63,872 nucleotides of DNA, filler included, from Globobulimina sp. (GCA_003354225.1; 52 parts of 52 records of this genome joined end to end with filler, not necessarily neighbours in it); one strand, 5' to 3'; shown: positions 22,160 through 33,940, counted from the whole stretch's first letter. The notes: a model not told the origin generated them from the letters alone. Numbers and translations: made by a program.

Positions 22160-22801
22160 ATGATAATTGATACAGTCACAAATAAAATTGTTGAAAGCAA
22201 ACCGTTTCATTATTATATTAAACCAAAAATACATCCCAAGTTATCTCAATTCTGTACTCAGCTAACTGGGATAACACAGGCTGTGATGGATGGTGAAGGA
22301 GCAAAAAATAGCATCGAATCAGTGGTGGAAGATTGGAATGGATGGTGTTTTCAAAATAATTTGTTATCTCCATCAGAGAATGCAGCAAATGCGTGTATTG
22401 TTACTCATTTTGATTGGGATTTGCAAAAATGTTGGACAATGCAACAGAATGCAGCCAAATGTGTCGAACCTGTTTTGTTCCATTCCTGGATTGATATTTG
22501 TGTGCCAATATATCAACATTTGGAGAGGTTCCGTTGTCAGGCCAATAATTATGGACGTTGATTTAAAAGAGGATTGAAGAAATTATTAAATTATTTAGGC
22601 ATTCAGCATGAAGGTAGACATCATTCGGGAATTGATGATGTCAGAAATATTTGTAAAATTGTGCAGAAATGTTTGGATAAAGGTGTTGTGTTTGATTATA
22701 CCACCAAGAATTATGGAGGGCGACATATCAAAAATGATGTTGTTTGTTTGAAGGAAAAACAAAATAAAAATGTTAAACAGAACCAAGCCACAAAAAAATG
22801 A
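22160..22801 (+). CDS. ERI1-family 3'-5' exoribonuclease (DEDDh), 5'-partial, in-frame TGA at 22559-22561
   Basis: FHYYIKPKIHPKLSQFCTQLTGITQ, DWDL, SWID, EGRHHSGIDDVRNI. Confidence 0.85.
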
Positions 22802-23019
22802 TATTGCAATGGAATTAATGTCATATGCAATTTGCAATGTGTTATTGTATGTTGTGTGAGTTACGGTTAATTTTTGATTGCAAATTAAATGATTTTTGAC
22901 TAGCTCTTCAAGAAACACAGAACAAACCCAAGACAAATCTAGAGCAAACAGTTTCTGGATTTGCAAAGCGTTTCTCAGATAATTGAATAAAATCTTTTGG
23001 AATATATCGTTTAGTGAAG

Positions 23020-23289
23020 TTATGTCACTGTCATTTTTAGTGAATTTGCCTGAATGTTCGACAACAATACTTTCATTGATGCGTTCGTTTGATTGTCAAT
23101 TCCATATTTTTTTTGTATTTCTTGCATAATATTAGCAATACGATCCGCACGAATTATATCATTATTACTACGACATGACGATAATAATGATAATAACATT
23201 TCTAATTTAAATCTATGATAAATATTATCATTTTTACTGCAATACTCTAGATATATATTTTCCGCATTGTCCAAATGATTTATCTGTCC
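23020..23289 (-). CDS. C-terminus of a second PPR protein (E-domain-like)
   Basis: LSLLSSCRSNND..A...ASMKVLLSNI. Confidence 0.7.
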   Translation of the reverse strand, partial: GQINHLDNAENIYLEYCSKNDNIYHRFKLEMLLSLLSSCRSNNDIIRADRIANIMQEIQKKYGIDNQTNASMKVLLSNIQANSLKMTVT

Positions 23290-23390
23290 NNNNNNNNNNN
23301 NNNNNNNNNNNNNNNNNNNNNNNNNNNNNNNNNTTAATTAATTAANNNNNNNNNNNNNNNNNNNNNNNNNNNNNNNNNNNNNNNNNNNNG

Positions 23391-24206
23391 TTTAGTTTCC
23401 TATTTGTGTCATTTTATTAGTTGTCGTGGTTTTTTCACAAAGCATATGCTGTGATGTCTGTATCTACGCCGCCATTGAAAGACGCAAATAAATTATATCA
23501 AGACATGACAGTTAAATATGAAGTGCATGGCCATGGTGAGGCTAATAAGGATGTAGCGGTACAAGAAGATGATGGTAAAAAGGATGAAGTGGCCATGGTG
23601 TTATACGATGAGGAGGATATCAATTTGAATGATATTAAGATATGGTGGGATTTACGGAGTTATGCCTTTAGAACTTTAGCATTATTTTATGAAATATCTG
23701 ATCCGATAATGTCAACATTGGTGTTAGCAGTGGTTGGTTTGACTGCTTATTTGTTGTATGAATTATATGTTACCTTTGAGGAAGATGTGGATTTGTTAAA
23801 ATTGACAATCACAAAGGATCCCATTCAATTTACATTCGTTGTAATCACTGGTGTCGTCATCTATAAATCGTACAAATTATTACTTCATTTTTTGAGACCA
23901 TATTCTGAATTATATGGCCATATTTATACCGCCAAACAGCAAGTTTTATCGATCCAATTTGAGATTGTGAATGAACAAAAGAACTCGAAACGAAAAGGCT
24001 ATTTAAACGAAGTAGTCTCTCTTTATGGAAAGTTGATATCTCAAATGAGTGAGGATGCAAAGAACAAAGCACCCACAATCTTAGGAATCAAAGTGACTCG
24101 AACTAAATTAGCAGCACTTAGGTCGTACATAATATCCTTTATTGTGATATTTGTTGGATCTGTTTGGCAATCATGGTTTAATGCAGCCGATACTTTAAGT
24201 GCATAA
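23391..24206 (+). CDS. Multi-pass membrane protein C-terminal half, possibly 7TM ion channel (GRL/DUF3537-like)
   Basis: Four TM segments; terminal APTILGIKVTRTKLAALRSYIISFIVIFVG. Confidence 0.45.
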
Positions 24207-24403
24207 TAAAAAATAATCTTTGTTTTTGTTTGGTTTGGCTGTGTGTTTTCATATATTTTTGTTTGACGTGTTAGGGGTTGTTCTTTATTGCGCAGTCATA
24301 GTGACTACATTGCAGCTGGTTCACTCATAAAGTATTGGGAAAGTGTAGGCATTTTTGCTTTATCGTATAAATCTTTTTTAAAACAGAAAAAATCAGTTTT
24401 TTC

Positions 24404-24520
24404 GGAAGGAAAATAGGTTAATAATAAAATGTTAATGGTTCCCGATGAAACACAACCTTTAACAATTCAATTTTGACTTTCAATGTTTTTATTTTGAATA
24501 ATCTGTAAAAAACTGTAAAT
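24404..24520. mobile_element. Left half of the MITE-like element at 20928-21044
   Basis: TIR and end-overlap as described for 20928-21044. Confidence 0.7.
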
Positions 24521-24966
24521 NNNNNNNNNNNNNNNNNNNNNNNNNNNNNNNNNNNNNNNNNNNNTTAATTAATTAANNNNNNNNNNNNNNNNNNNNNNNN
24601 NNNNNNNNNNNNNNNNNNNNGCCAAACAGAATCAAGTGATTTGTGCATATCAATTTAACTCAATATGGTTTATCGCACATATAAATTTGAGCAGTGATCA
24701 ACATAAAAATAAAAGATTTATTAATAAAGATGTAAAATTAAAACACATCGGACGTAATGATAATAAATCTCAAAGATCCAAACCGCCCACCAATGAAATA
24801 TCCAAAATTAATTCCCCACAACAAGCATTTATTAAAATATATTCTAAAATATGGCGTGTTTTGGAAGAAGCGGACATGTAATGCTGATGGGAGAGTATTA
24901 TTTTATGCATATAATATTACAAAAACGGCTATGCAAATATTCGACTACGTTACACATAGTTTAATT

Positions 24967-25750
24967 TTACAACAAAACGCATGCTTTTAGTTTTTGAGTG
25001 ATATGTGTTTCGTTTTTGTTTTTATTTTTATTTTTTATGTAACGGTGTTGATGCCAGAAATAGCTTTTATAATCCATGTCATTTCTTGACTTTATCATTT
25101 CTGTCATTTTATAAAATGCTTTGTCAATATTTTCAGAAGTTTTTGCAGAGGTTTCAATGTATTCAATTTTATTGTAAGATAACGATGCATGTATATTAGA
25201 TTCCAAATCTATTTTATTTCCAATGAACAATATTGATGCATTTTCCTGTGCATATTTATTAATTGTATCCAAATATGCAGATAAATGATTGTATGCATAT
25301 GAATATGTGTCTGTAACATCAAAAACAATCAAAAACCCATCAACTCCGCGATAATAATCTGAAACCTTTCTCCTCTGCATTTAAAATATTAATCAACATA
25401 TATTTCTATTGTGAGCAACATAAATATAAAAAACACACATATAGATTTATCTAAACTGCGTCCCAAATTTGTAGTGTTATCAATTCATGTCCATATTCAA
25501 GAGTTTTAATTTTGAAATTCACGCCAATGGTTTGAATAAATGATTCAGTAAATGTATTTTCTACAAACTGTTGCAATATACTTGTTTTACCCACACCTGC
25601 ATCTCCAATTAGCATTAGTTTATATAAATAATCATATTCATCCATCAATTTTGGATACAATTGTTCAATGAGCAAAACTATCTCATTTGGAATGTGGTGC
25701 TGAGTGTCGCAATTCAGTCCATAGCCTTTAATTAACAGTTGAAGTCTATG
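24967..25750 (-). CDS. Divergent Rab1-like GTPase with an N-terminal extension; intron 25375-25456
   Basis: [43 protein letters not shown]-terminal CVLL; G3 region degenerate. Confidence 0.85.
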
Positions 25751-25850
25751 NNNNNNNNNNNNNNNNNNNNNNNNNNNNNNNNNNNNNNNNNNNNTTAATT
25801 AATTAANNNNNNNNNNNNNNNNNNNNNNNNNNNNNNNNNNNNNNNNNNNN

Positions 25851-26762
25851 CTGTTTCTCCCAAACCAATTCTCGCCCTCTCCCGAATTCATATTGTTTGC
25901 AGTTGTTATGTTGGTATTTTTTTGCGGTGTTTCTGTTTTTGGGCGATCCAAAGGTGACACTCCGTGTATGTATTGGTGATTCAATGTACGTTTTATACTC
26001 ATTTATTGGAGAGCTATCCAACGATTTGGATATTCGTGTTTGACGCTGTTGAGGTTGATACAGAACAACATTTGTTTCCGTATCATGTGTGTTGCCGATA
26101 TGTGTGATATTTGAGCAAGATTTAGTTTTTAATTGGTTGTGGAATTCTTTTTGTGATATTTCCATATCTTGTAATAACTGACTTAATTCTTGCTGTGTGT
26201 CGGAATTGCCGTCATCAATAATTTCATCCTCATCATTATTACTCAACTCATCCATTAATTGTTGGAATTCTTTTGGTTTTGCAGTCTGTTTATTGTTGCT
26301 AGCATTTATTTCATCGTTATTGTTATTTATTGCGTTGATATTATCATTTATTTCATTGTTCAAATCTTTTAAAAGCTTTTGAAACTGGGATGGGATTTCG
26401 TTATATTGCTCGTCTTCTTTAATAGTCGTAGTGTTAATAGTGCTTTTGTCAGTTTTTAAGTCTGACTTACTCAACAAAAATGCTTTAAACATGGCTCGTT
26501 TGTCACTTCTGTTTGATATTATTGATGTATTGCTATCAATTGAGTTAGGCGCACCAACTGTTGTTTGATTGGGTACTGGTATTGCTATACTCTCATTATT
26601 AGCGTTGTTACTGTTGTCAATATTTATATTATCGTTAAAATCGTCAATTGAAATGTCATATAATTCTTCATTATCTTTCAAATCATCTTTTAACTGTTGG
26701 ACTGTTTCTTGTATTTCATTTTCTAATTCAAGCAAAGATGATGATATATCAGATACTGACAT
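25851..26762 (-). CDS. N-terminus of a low-complexity (N/D/E-rich) coiled-coil hypothetical protein
   Basis: ~300-aa ORF from ATG at 26762. Confidence 0.6.
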
Positions 26763-27080
26763 TTTGTTTCAAATAGTTTTTCATTTTTGAATTATTGAAT
26801 ACTTACATCTCATAATTTAATTGTGTGCCTCATGCAATATCTGCAAATATATTGTGAATATACTAAAGAAGATTAAAAGTAAAAAGTTTGTGGATTTTGG
26901 ATCTAAAAAGATTACAAGCTGTCGAACATAAGTACAGGATATAAAAATAATTGGTTTGTTCTGGGTTTATTTAAAAAAACNNNNNNNNNNNNNNNNNNNN
27001 NNNNNNNNNNNNNNNNNNNNNNNNTTAATTAATTAANNNNNNNNNNNNNNNNNNNNNNNNNNNNNNNNNNNNNNNNNNNN

Positions 27081-27488
27081 ATGTTTCATATAATAACCAC
27101 TAAATAAGAATTCCTCTCCAAATGCAGCAAATACCCACATTATTAAGAATAAAATAATAAAGCTGGAAAAATCTCCCCTTATTTCATCTATTGAACTTAA
27201 ATCAATTTCACCAAAATAAACCTCTACAAATGGTTGAATACATATATCAATGATAAAAAATATTGCTATTGCCAGTAGCAATCCTTTGAAAATAGTCTTT
27301 AGATTTACCTTTTTTCCAAATCCAAATTTCGCCCAATTCCAACCACTTTGCCACAGTAGAAATAGAGCAACGAAAAGACCAAAAAAATATCCAAAATTTC
27401 TATCTGCAATAGATAATATTGGTGCAATAATCATCACAATTATGACTATGAATGGTTTGGATAGAAATTTATATAATTTATTTTTCAT
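27081..27488 (-). CDS. Bacterial CPBP (Abi/CAAX) intramembrane protease, 3'-partial
   Basis: TM helices and AAFGEEFLFSGY motif. Confidence 0.85.
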
Positions 27489-27505
27489 TCGTTTTATTTA
27501 ATGAC

Positions 27506-27636
27506 ACACAACGATTTGATTATGGTACGTTTGGCATTTAAATGCTCCAATTATTCAATATGCAACTATGTTTATCAATTCCTATCATCTTCAAATTTAG
27601 CACCATAAGCCAAATGCAATATATTTATTGTTATCG
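27506..27636 (-). other. attC-like / Flavo-1-like imperfect palindrome between two co-directional bacterial genes
   Basis: CGATAAC (contains the upstream stop codon)...TTTGGC...GCCAAA...GTTGTGT; 131 bp. Confidence 0.6.
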
Positions 27637-28210
27637 CTTGTTATTTATAATCTTGGGAATATCTACAAACACTATTCTGTGATTACCTAGATCGGCAATC
27701 CAAATCTTATCTTCTTTAACCAAAACTGCTGCAGGTTTTGATAATTTTCCATTTCCTATTCCTTTTTCTGAATTTCCGGTTATAGTTGATACTTTCCCTG
27801 ATGTTATATCGTATGCCAATATCCTGTTTTCGTACATATCAGCAATTACTATATAACTGTTGTCTATCATAGAAATACCATGAGGCATTGCAATATCTGC
27901 TTTAGGAAACGGTGTTGATAACCCTTTTTCTTTATTCCATTTTCTTATAGTCAATGTTCCAGCATCAGCAATCCAAATGTTTCCTTTCTTATCTGAAATA
28001 ATATCCATCGGATATTTTAGTGACCCTGTAATCAAATCTCCATCAGTTTTGCCCGATTCGTCTCTACCAGCTATAGTGGATGTTTCTCCATTATGAATCA
28101 TTCTAATTCTGGAGTTACCGATATCTGCGACAAATAATTCTCCCTTATGTCCCCATGATACAGAATGAGGGGAGATAAATAAAGCACTCTTATTTTCAAA
28201 ATAAGATAAA
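27631..28210 (-). CDS. Bacterial NHL-repeat beta-propeller protein, 5'-partial
   Basis: LFVADIGNSRIR, PMDI..IWIADAG, PHGI..IADMYENRI, PAAV..IWIADLGNHRI. Confidence 0.85.
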
Positions 28211-28335
28211 NNNNNNNNNNNNNNNNNNNNNNNNNNNNNNNNNNNNNNNNNNNNTTAATTAATTAANNNNNNNNNNNNNNNNNNNNNNNNNNNNNNNNNN
28301 NNNNNNNNNNAAATTAATATCAGCAACTGTTAATA

Positions 28336-29106
28336 ATGGATGATAATAAAAAGAAAAGCGATTCATCAATGCATGTGATTGCAATTGGCGTTGATAACGG
28401 AAAAGAACCACAGACAATGCCATCCCTATACAAAATCACAATGATTCTGACGATGATGGCATCCATTATAATCCCACCATTTATGGTAATAATATATCTT
28501 CATTCATTGTATAAAACAGATAGCTCAATATATTATACTTCGTTTTCAGCCGTTTTATCAAAAACTAACGCCTTTATTAGTATTGTTGGCTCATTCTTTA
28601 TTGTTTCAGTCTCAATATTTCGGAATTTTCAATTACAACTAATCTTCAACAAATATGGTATTCATCATCGCCACGCGGCAATGTTTTCATTTTACACAAA
28701 TGCATTAGTTATTGCTTCATTTATGATATCATTCATAGTAACAGCTGTCACCGACATTAACAATCCCAAACAACAGTTATTACATATCATATCTGCAACA
28801 TTTTCTTTTCTTTTGTCCTGTTTAACCATTTCGAAGCTTACTGTTTTAACTTACTCTCTACGGTCTTATCAATGGCAACATGGCTGTGATGCTGATGCAT
28901 TCACTCATTATTTTGATGTGATTTATTACTGTTTGACAACGGCTTTGGCGTATTTTGGAATATTCTTTTATTTGACTGGCTTTTTGTTGAATGATTGGGC
29001 TGAAGGGGTCTTTTATTATGGTGAATGGCTCGCTGTTTGCTCCATTTTTTTGCATTTTGTAATGTATTCGCATACATTATATCATGATTCAAAAATTATG
29101 TTATGA
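28336..29106 (+). CDS. Frag1/DRAM/Sfk1-like six-TM membrane protein
   Basis: Six TM segments; LLHIISATFSF and YYGEWLAV motifs. Confidence 0.55.
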   Translation: MDDNKKKSDSSMHVIAIGVDNGKEPQTMPSLYKITMILTMMASIIIPPFMVIIYLHSLYKTDSSIYYTSFSAVLSKTNAFISIVGSFFIVSVSIFRNFQLQLIFNKYGIHHRHAAMFSFYTNALVIASFMISFIVTAVTDINNPKQQLLHIISATFSFLLSCLTISKLTVLTYSLRSYQWQHGCDADAFTHYFDVIYYCLTTALAYFGIFFYLTGFLLNDWAEGVFYYGEWLAVCSIFLHFVMYSHTLYHDSKIML

Positions 29107-29542
29107 TCAATTTCTGCTGTTTGCAAATATAAATAAGAACTAAAGAATGTTATATTAAATCAAAAAACAACATTGTCTTCAAGCTGATGCACGATGCAGA
29201 ATCATAGATTGTCGCTTATAGATTTCGATCAAAACAAGTTTAGATTTTGGTTAGCTTCGAGGTTTCCATTTCATCACAATGTTCAAGTTGTGTATGGTAA
29301 GTACAACATTATTTTTTCGGTTCGCTTTGTAAAAACTGAAAATTATCACTTCATTCTAAATGATGTAATTTGTTATTTTTAAAGCGAGATTCTATAATTA
29401 ACACCTTTTTAAAACGTGTTTCGAGGAGTCATAAACATGCNNNNNNNNNNNNNNNNNNNNNNNNNNNNNNNNNNNNNNNNNNNNTTAATTAATTAANNNN
29501 NNNNNNNNNNNNNNNNNNNNNNNNNNNNNNNNNNNNNNNNAA

Positions 29543-30670
29543 AATTCGTATTGGTGTGAACAATGCAACAAAGCATTTGATCATGCAGAACGTCATCCCT
29601 GCAAAGACAAGTGTTCCTGATGTCTCCATTCCCCTCCCTGTCAATTCGTTACATGGATGGATTGTGCTGACTGCAATCGATACTTCTTCAGTCAAGAATG
29701 CTACGATCATCATAAATCAAACATTTCCGTTGTCAGCGAACAAGGACGAGGAGCCAAAGAACGACGTATCGAGCCAGTTTGTGACCGATTGAAACGATGC
29801 AAAGATTGTGGAAAACTCAAAGAAAAGGATCACAAATGTGGAATGCGACGGTGTCCTGTCTGCAAGAAAATGGTCGAATCAGGAAACCATCAATGCTACA
29901 TCCAACCATCAGAACCACCCAAGAAGCAGAAGAAAAGAGTCCCAACATTCATATTCTTTGACTTCGAGACCAGGCAAGAGAAAGAAATGAAAGAGAACGA
30001 TTATGGATCGGTAAATGAACATCAAGTCAATTGCGGTGTCAGTTCAAAAGTCTGCCATGATTGTTGGAGAAAACCCGAAGATCCCTGTCAGAACTGCGGC
30101 GACAATAAACTCATTGAATTTTTGGGCGAAGATACATTGGATCAATTCTGTCAATACCTTTTCAGTCCCCAGAACAAAGGATGTACCGCCATCGCTCACA
30201 ATGGTCGGTCCTATGATTGCCAATTCGTATTGAAATACATCCATGAACAAGGACGTAAACCTGTCGTCATCAACAGAGGTCTGCAGATCCTCTCATTGGA
30301 ATTCGAAGATATCCGAATTATCGACAGCCTCAGTTTCCTTCCAATGCCTCTCGCCGACTTGCCCAAACTCTTTGGTCTCCCTTGTGCCAAAGGTTATTTC
30401 CCCCATTTCTTCAATCGAGCTGAAAACTGGGACTATGAAGGAGATTTGCCTGATGTGTACTTTTATGGACCCGGTGGAATGAAACCCAAACAACGGGACG
30501 AATTATACAAATGGTGGAACAAAGAAAAGAAGGAAATGAAGGAGACAGGGCAAAAATTCATCTTCAAGAAGAGTCTCCCAGAATATTGCAAAATGGACGT
30601 ATTTGTGCTCAGAGATTGCAGCATGACTTTCCGTGAACTTTTCATAGCTGTATCCAATGGAGTCGACCCT
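29543..30670 (+). mobile_element. Polinton/Maverick protein-primed DNA polymerase B fragment (Cys-rich region plus exonuclease domain) with a premature TGA at 29618
   Basis: FIFFDFET, AHNGRSYD, IIDSLSFLPMPL..LPKLFGL..KGYFPHFFN, YCKMDV. Confidence 0.9.
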
Positions 30671-30840
30671 NNNNNNNNNNNNNNNNNNNNNNNNNNNNNN
30701 NNNNNNNNNNNNNNTTAATTAATTAANNNNNNNNNNNNNNNNNNNNNNNNNNNNNNNNNNNNNNNNNNNNTGGTTATGGACAAATTGTTGAGCTGGAACC
30801 ACCATTTTATTCATGGAATGCCATCGTAATCAAACAAAAA

Positions 30841-31669
30841 ATGGCATGGGCGAACTGTGCATGTCCTCATGGTTGTAGAAAACCAGTGATTCCATCATGG
30901 ACACAAGCAATAGAAAGGTTAACTCAGCAAACAGAATGGTGGTATGAGGCAGGTTTAACTCAACAAACACTTAATGAAGAAATAGAGGCAATCGATAAAC
31001 GCGCATCAGAGTGTATGCTGAATCAAAATTGGAAAAATAATGGTTATATTGTTGGATATATTTGTTATGTTTTAAGTGTTGTAATTACTGTCAGTGCGGT
31101 AATAACAAATTTTATATTATTGGGACCAAACGTAACTCTATTTTTATTTACTTTAATTTTTAGTATGCTGTCGATTGCTTTTATAAATCTTGCTGTTTGT
31201 GAGTGGCATAAATATTTATGGAATATCTGTCTCAAAGATATAGAAAATAATATTGCCAATGACCTGAATGCTCGATATAGTGAATATAAATGTTTGGTCC
31301 GTTCATTCCAGAATGGTACAACATGGAAGTTCGCAAAGAAGCGGAAAATATGGAAGTACGAATGCGTATAAAAGAAAATATGTTGATATTATATGTGTGC
31401 CTGGTGATACTGTTGGTGAATATACAGTTGTTTTTCCGAATGGCGCTGTATGTCGAAGCGGAAAGGATATGTCATCAGAAAAAGTTTGTGTAATATCGAT
31501 ATGGACAGTTGTGAAAGTTGATGAAATCGATGGGCGTCGATGTCGAATATCAGAACCATTTCAAGGATGGGTCTCTTCGCATACAAATAAAGGACAGTTA
31601 ATATTGCATAAAGGACAGTTAATATTAACTGAAGAAGAACAAAATCAAATGGAAATACATGTTCAATAG
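30841..31669 (+). CDS. Two-TM protein and an SH3b-like domain, split by an apparent frameshift near 31300-31330
   Basis: Overlapping ORFs 30841-31371 and 31268-31669; second contains GAVCRSGKDMSS..TVVKVDEIDGRRCRI..GWVS. Confidence 0.55.
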
Positions 31670-32000
31670 ACAGCAGACAAGATAAAATATTTTCTTTTTT
31701 AATCTGTTATATAGTTGACTTTTTAGGCTTAAACTTCAATTTGTACCATATAAATAATAATAATTTCTTTATCTATTTTCACTTAATTATTTATTAGTAT
31801 TTGTCTATTAATTATTGGTTTTGATTTTGATTTGTCGCGTATAAAATTAATTAGTTTGTATATTTCTTTTTGATTTGTCAATTAAATTGATTAATTTTGT
31901 NNNNNNNNNNNNNNNNNNNNNNNNNNNNNNNNNNNNNNNNNNNNTTAATTAATTAANNNNNNNNNNNNNNNNNNNNNNNNNNNNNNNNNNNNNNNNNNNN

Positions 32001-33130
32001 GCTGAAACGTTATGATTGAAGGGCATAATAATTGATCCAGATATAATGGACACAAATATTCCCGGTGATGCATTTGCCAAATTGAAAATTGTTGTGTATA
32101 ATGCACGCTTATTCGTATTTGTTTTACTATCACAGCATAGTGTTTTTGTTACAATTGTCCAACCAATGACTTTTGATGTAGATAATGGAAAACTGCAGCA
32201 TGAGATTAATATGATTGCAATCTGTGCTTTTATATTTATATTTATATTATCCATTACACACAGTAACGATAATGTTGCCATCACAGAACAATACACCAAA
32301 CACGACGTAAACCATACTAACTTTGAGCCAAATTTTTGACATAATTTCGGCAGTAATAATGATATTGGAATAGACAGCAAAGACATTAAAAATAAAGCAA
32401 AAGTGGCGTATCTTACTCCTTTCTGATATAATTTCACACTTTGCGTATCATTGGAGATTGGCTCGCCATCCATAATATTTTTACCAAACCAATCTGTTAA
32501 ATACATTGCAATGCAACAATGTGCATAATGCACTAAAAACTGCACAATAAATGAACGAAATATTGGCGTTGGCATACAATATATCGCATCAATAACAATC
32601 CGGAATTTTGATCCATCCGTCTCATCCTCATCGAGTTGAGCATTATTTATTGAACTTGTAGCTATTAAAGGTGTCAATTCATCATTGTGGTTCGCATCAA
32701 TTTGCAATATCCGCTCATTCTTACTCCAATATAATGTAATAAAAGAAGCAATTAATATAATTAACGAAGCAACACCGTACAATATAGATATTCCGCCACC
32801 TAAACTGTCATTATATGATAGCACTGCGCCTAAACCATATCCGATGCTGCAGCCAATGCCATTAAATAAACCAAATAAAGAATTTGAAGTGGAATGAAAT
32901 TGTGTCGGGATAATGTCTGAAATCAATGCTCTTAAAGGTGCTTGGACCATATTTACAGAAATGTCCTGAAAACAAAATGCGATGATACCAATTAATAGTC
33001 CATAATTAGAAAACAATCGAGAAGAATTGCTGAATAGTAACAAACTTATAATTAATGATAGTGTACCAAATAGAATGAATCGTCTTCGTCGATTATTTTT
33101 ATTTTTTATTGAATCACTCCAGACGCCCAT
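32001..33130 (-). CDS. SLC45/sucrose-transporter-like MFS protein, partial
   Basis: GVWSD..RRRRFI, DISVNMVQAPLRALISD, YLTDWFG..GEP..YQKGVR. Confidence 0.9.
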
Positions 33131-33653
33131 NNNNNNNNNNNNNNNNNNNNNNNNNNNNNNNNNNNNNNNNNNNNTTAATTAATTAANNNNNNNNNNNNNN
33201 NNNNNNNNNNNNNNNNNNNNNNNNNNNNNNTTTGAGTCGTGTCTTTAGGAATACTATTTACTTGATGCAACATATATTTAATTCCCTATATCATTCACCT
33301 TATTACTATTAATATTTAGATCATTCACTGATTTTACATCCATTGTACGTCTGTTTGTTATGATTACTATTAACATTCAATGCATTCATTATCTGTTTAT
33401 ATTTTGAATGAATGTAATAATTAATATCATGTACGCATTAGACCAAAGTCAACTAACTTTTTTTTAACTCTACTACTTAAAAGGTAGATTACATGTCACT
33501 TCCGCTTTAGTTTGCCAACTTTAAATCGGTTTCCCATTAATGAATTTAACCCAATTTAGTATTAAATTCATATGAAACCGATTTAAAGCAATCTAAAAAT
33601 AGCCTCTCCAGATTACTTTTTCAAAAATGGTAAATGCAAGAAATAAGAAAAAT

Positions 33654-33743
33654 GAGCACCTAGCTCAATTGGCAGAGCATTGGTTTGAATGGAAAGCAAA
33701 CCAAATGGATTAATGGATGTAGGTTCGAATCCTACGGTGATGG
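33654..33743 (+). ncRNA. tRNA-derived element (family A, copy 1) inside a larger dispersed repeat
   Basis: A-box TAGCTCAATTGG, D stem GCTC/GAGC, T arm GTAGG-TTCGAAT-CCTAC; extended anticodon arm; only 4-bp acceptor. Confidence 0.7.
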
Positions 33744-33850
33744 CATGGATATGGATATGGAGTATATGGATATTATTATATTATTTAATTAATATGGAGC
33801 CTCTGCTATGACACGCATGCTCCGCAAATGCAGTATATATCAAACTGCTT

Positions 33851-33940
33851 GCAAATAGCCGGTCCATCCCCGGCGTAGAAAGCAGTGCAAATAGCCGGTC
33901 CATCCCCGGCATAGAAAGCAGTGCAAATAGCCGGTCCATC
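33851..33940. repeat. 36-bp tandem repeat, about 2.5 copies
   Basis: GCAAATAGCCGGTCCATCCCCGGCRTAGAAAGCAGT. Confidence 0.85.

Noticed and set aside
19270-22561. Genome-wide TGA reassignment or selenocysteine
   Set aside because: TGA terminates OST48 and globin-RGS normally, and the in-frame positions are not catalytic Cys sites
27081-28210. Bacterial genes next to eukaryotic genes as horizontal transfer
   Set aside because: They are separate contigs from a mixed sample; adjacency is artificial (same for 34461-35590)
33654-33743. Functional tRNA-Phe(GAA)
   Set aside because: Acceptor stem has two mismatches, the variable region is duplicated and the anticodon loop is oversized; called tRNA-derived instead
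33851-33940. 36-bp repeats as a CRISPR array
   Set aside because: Head-to-tail units with no unique spacers and no cas genes
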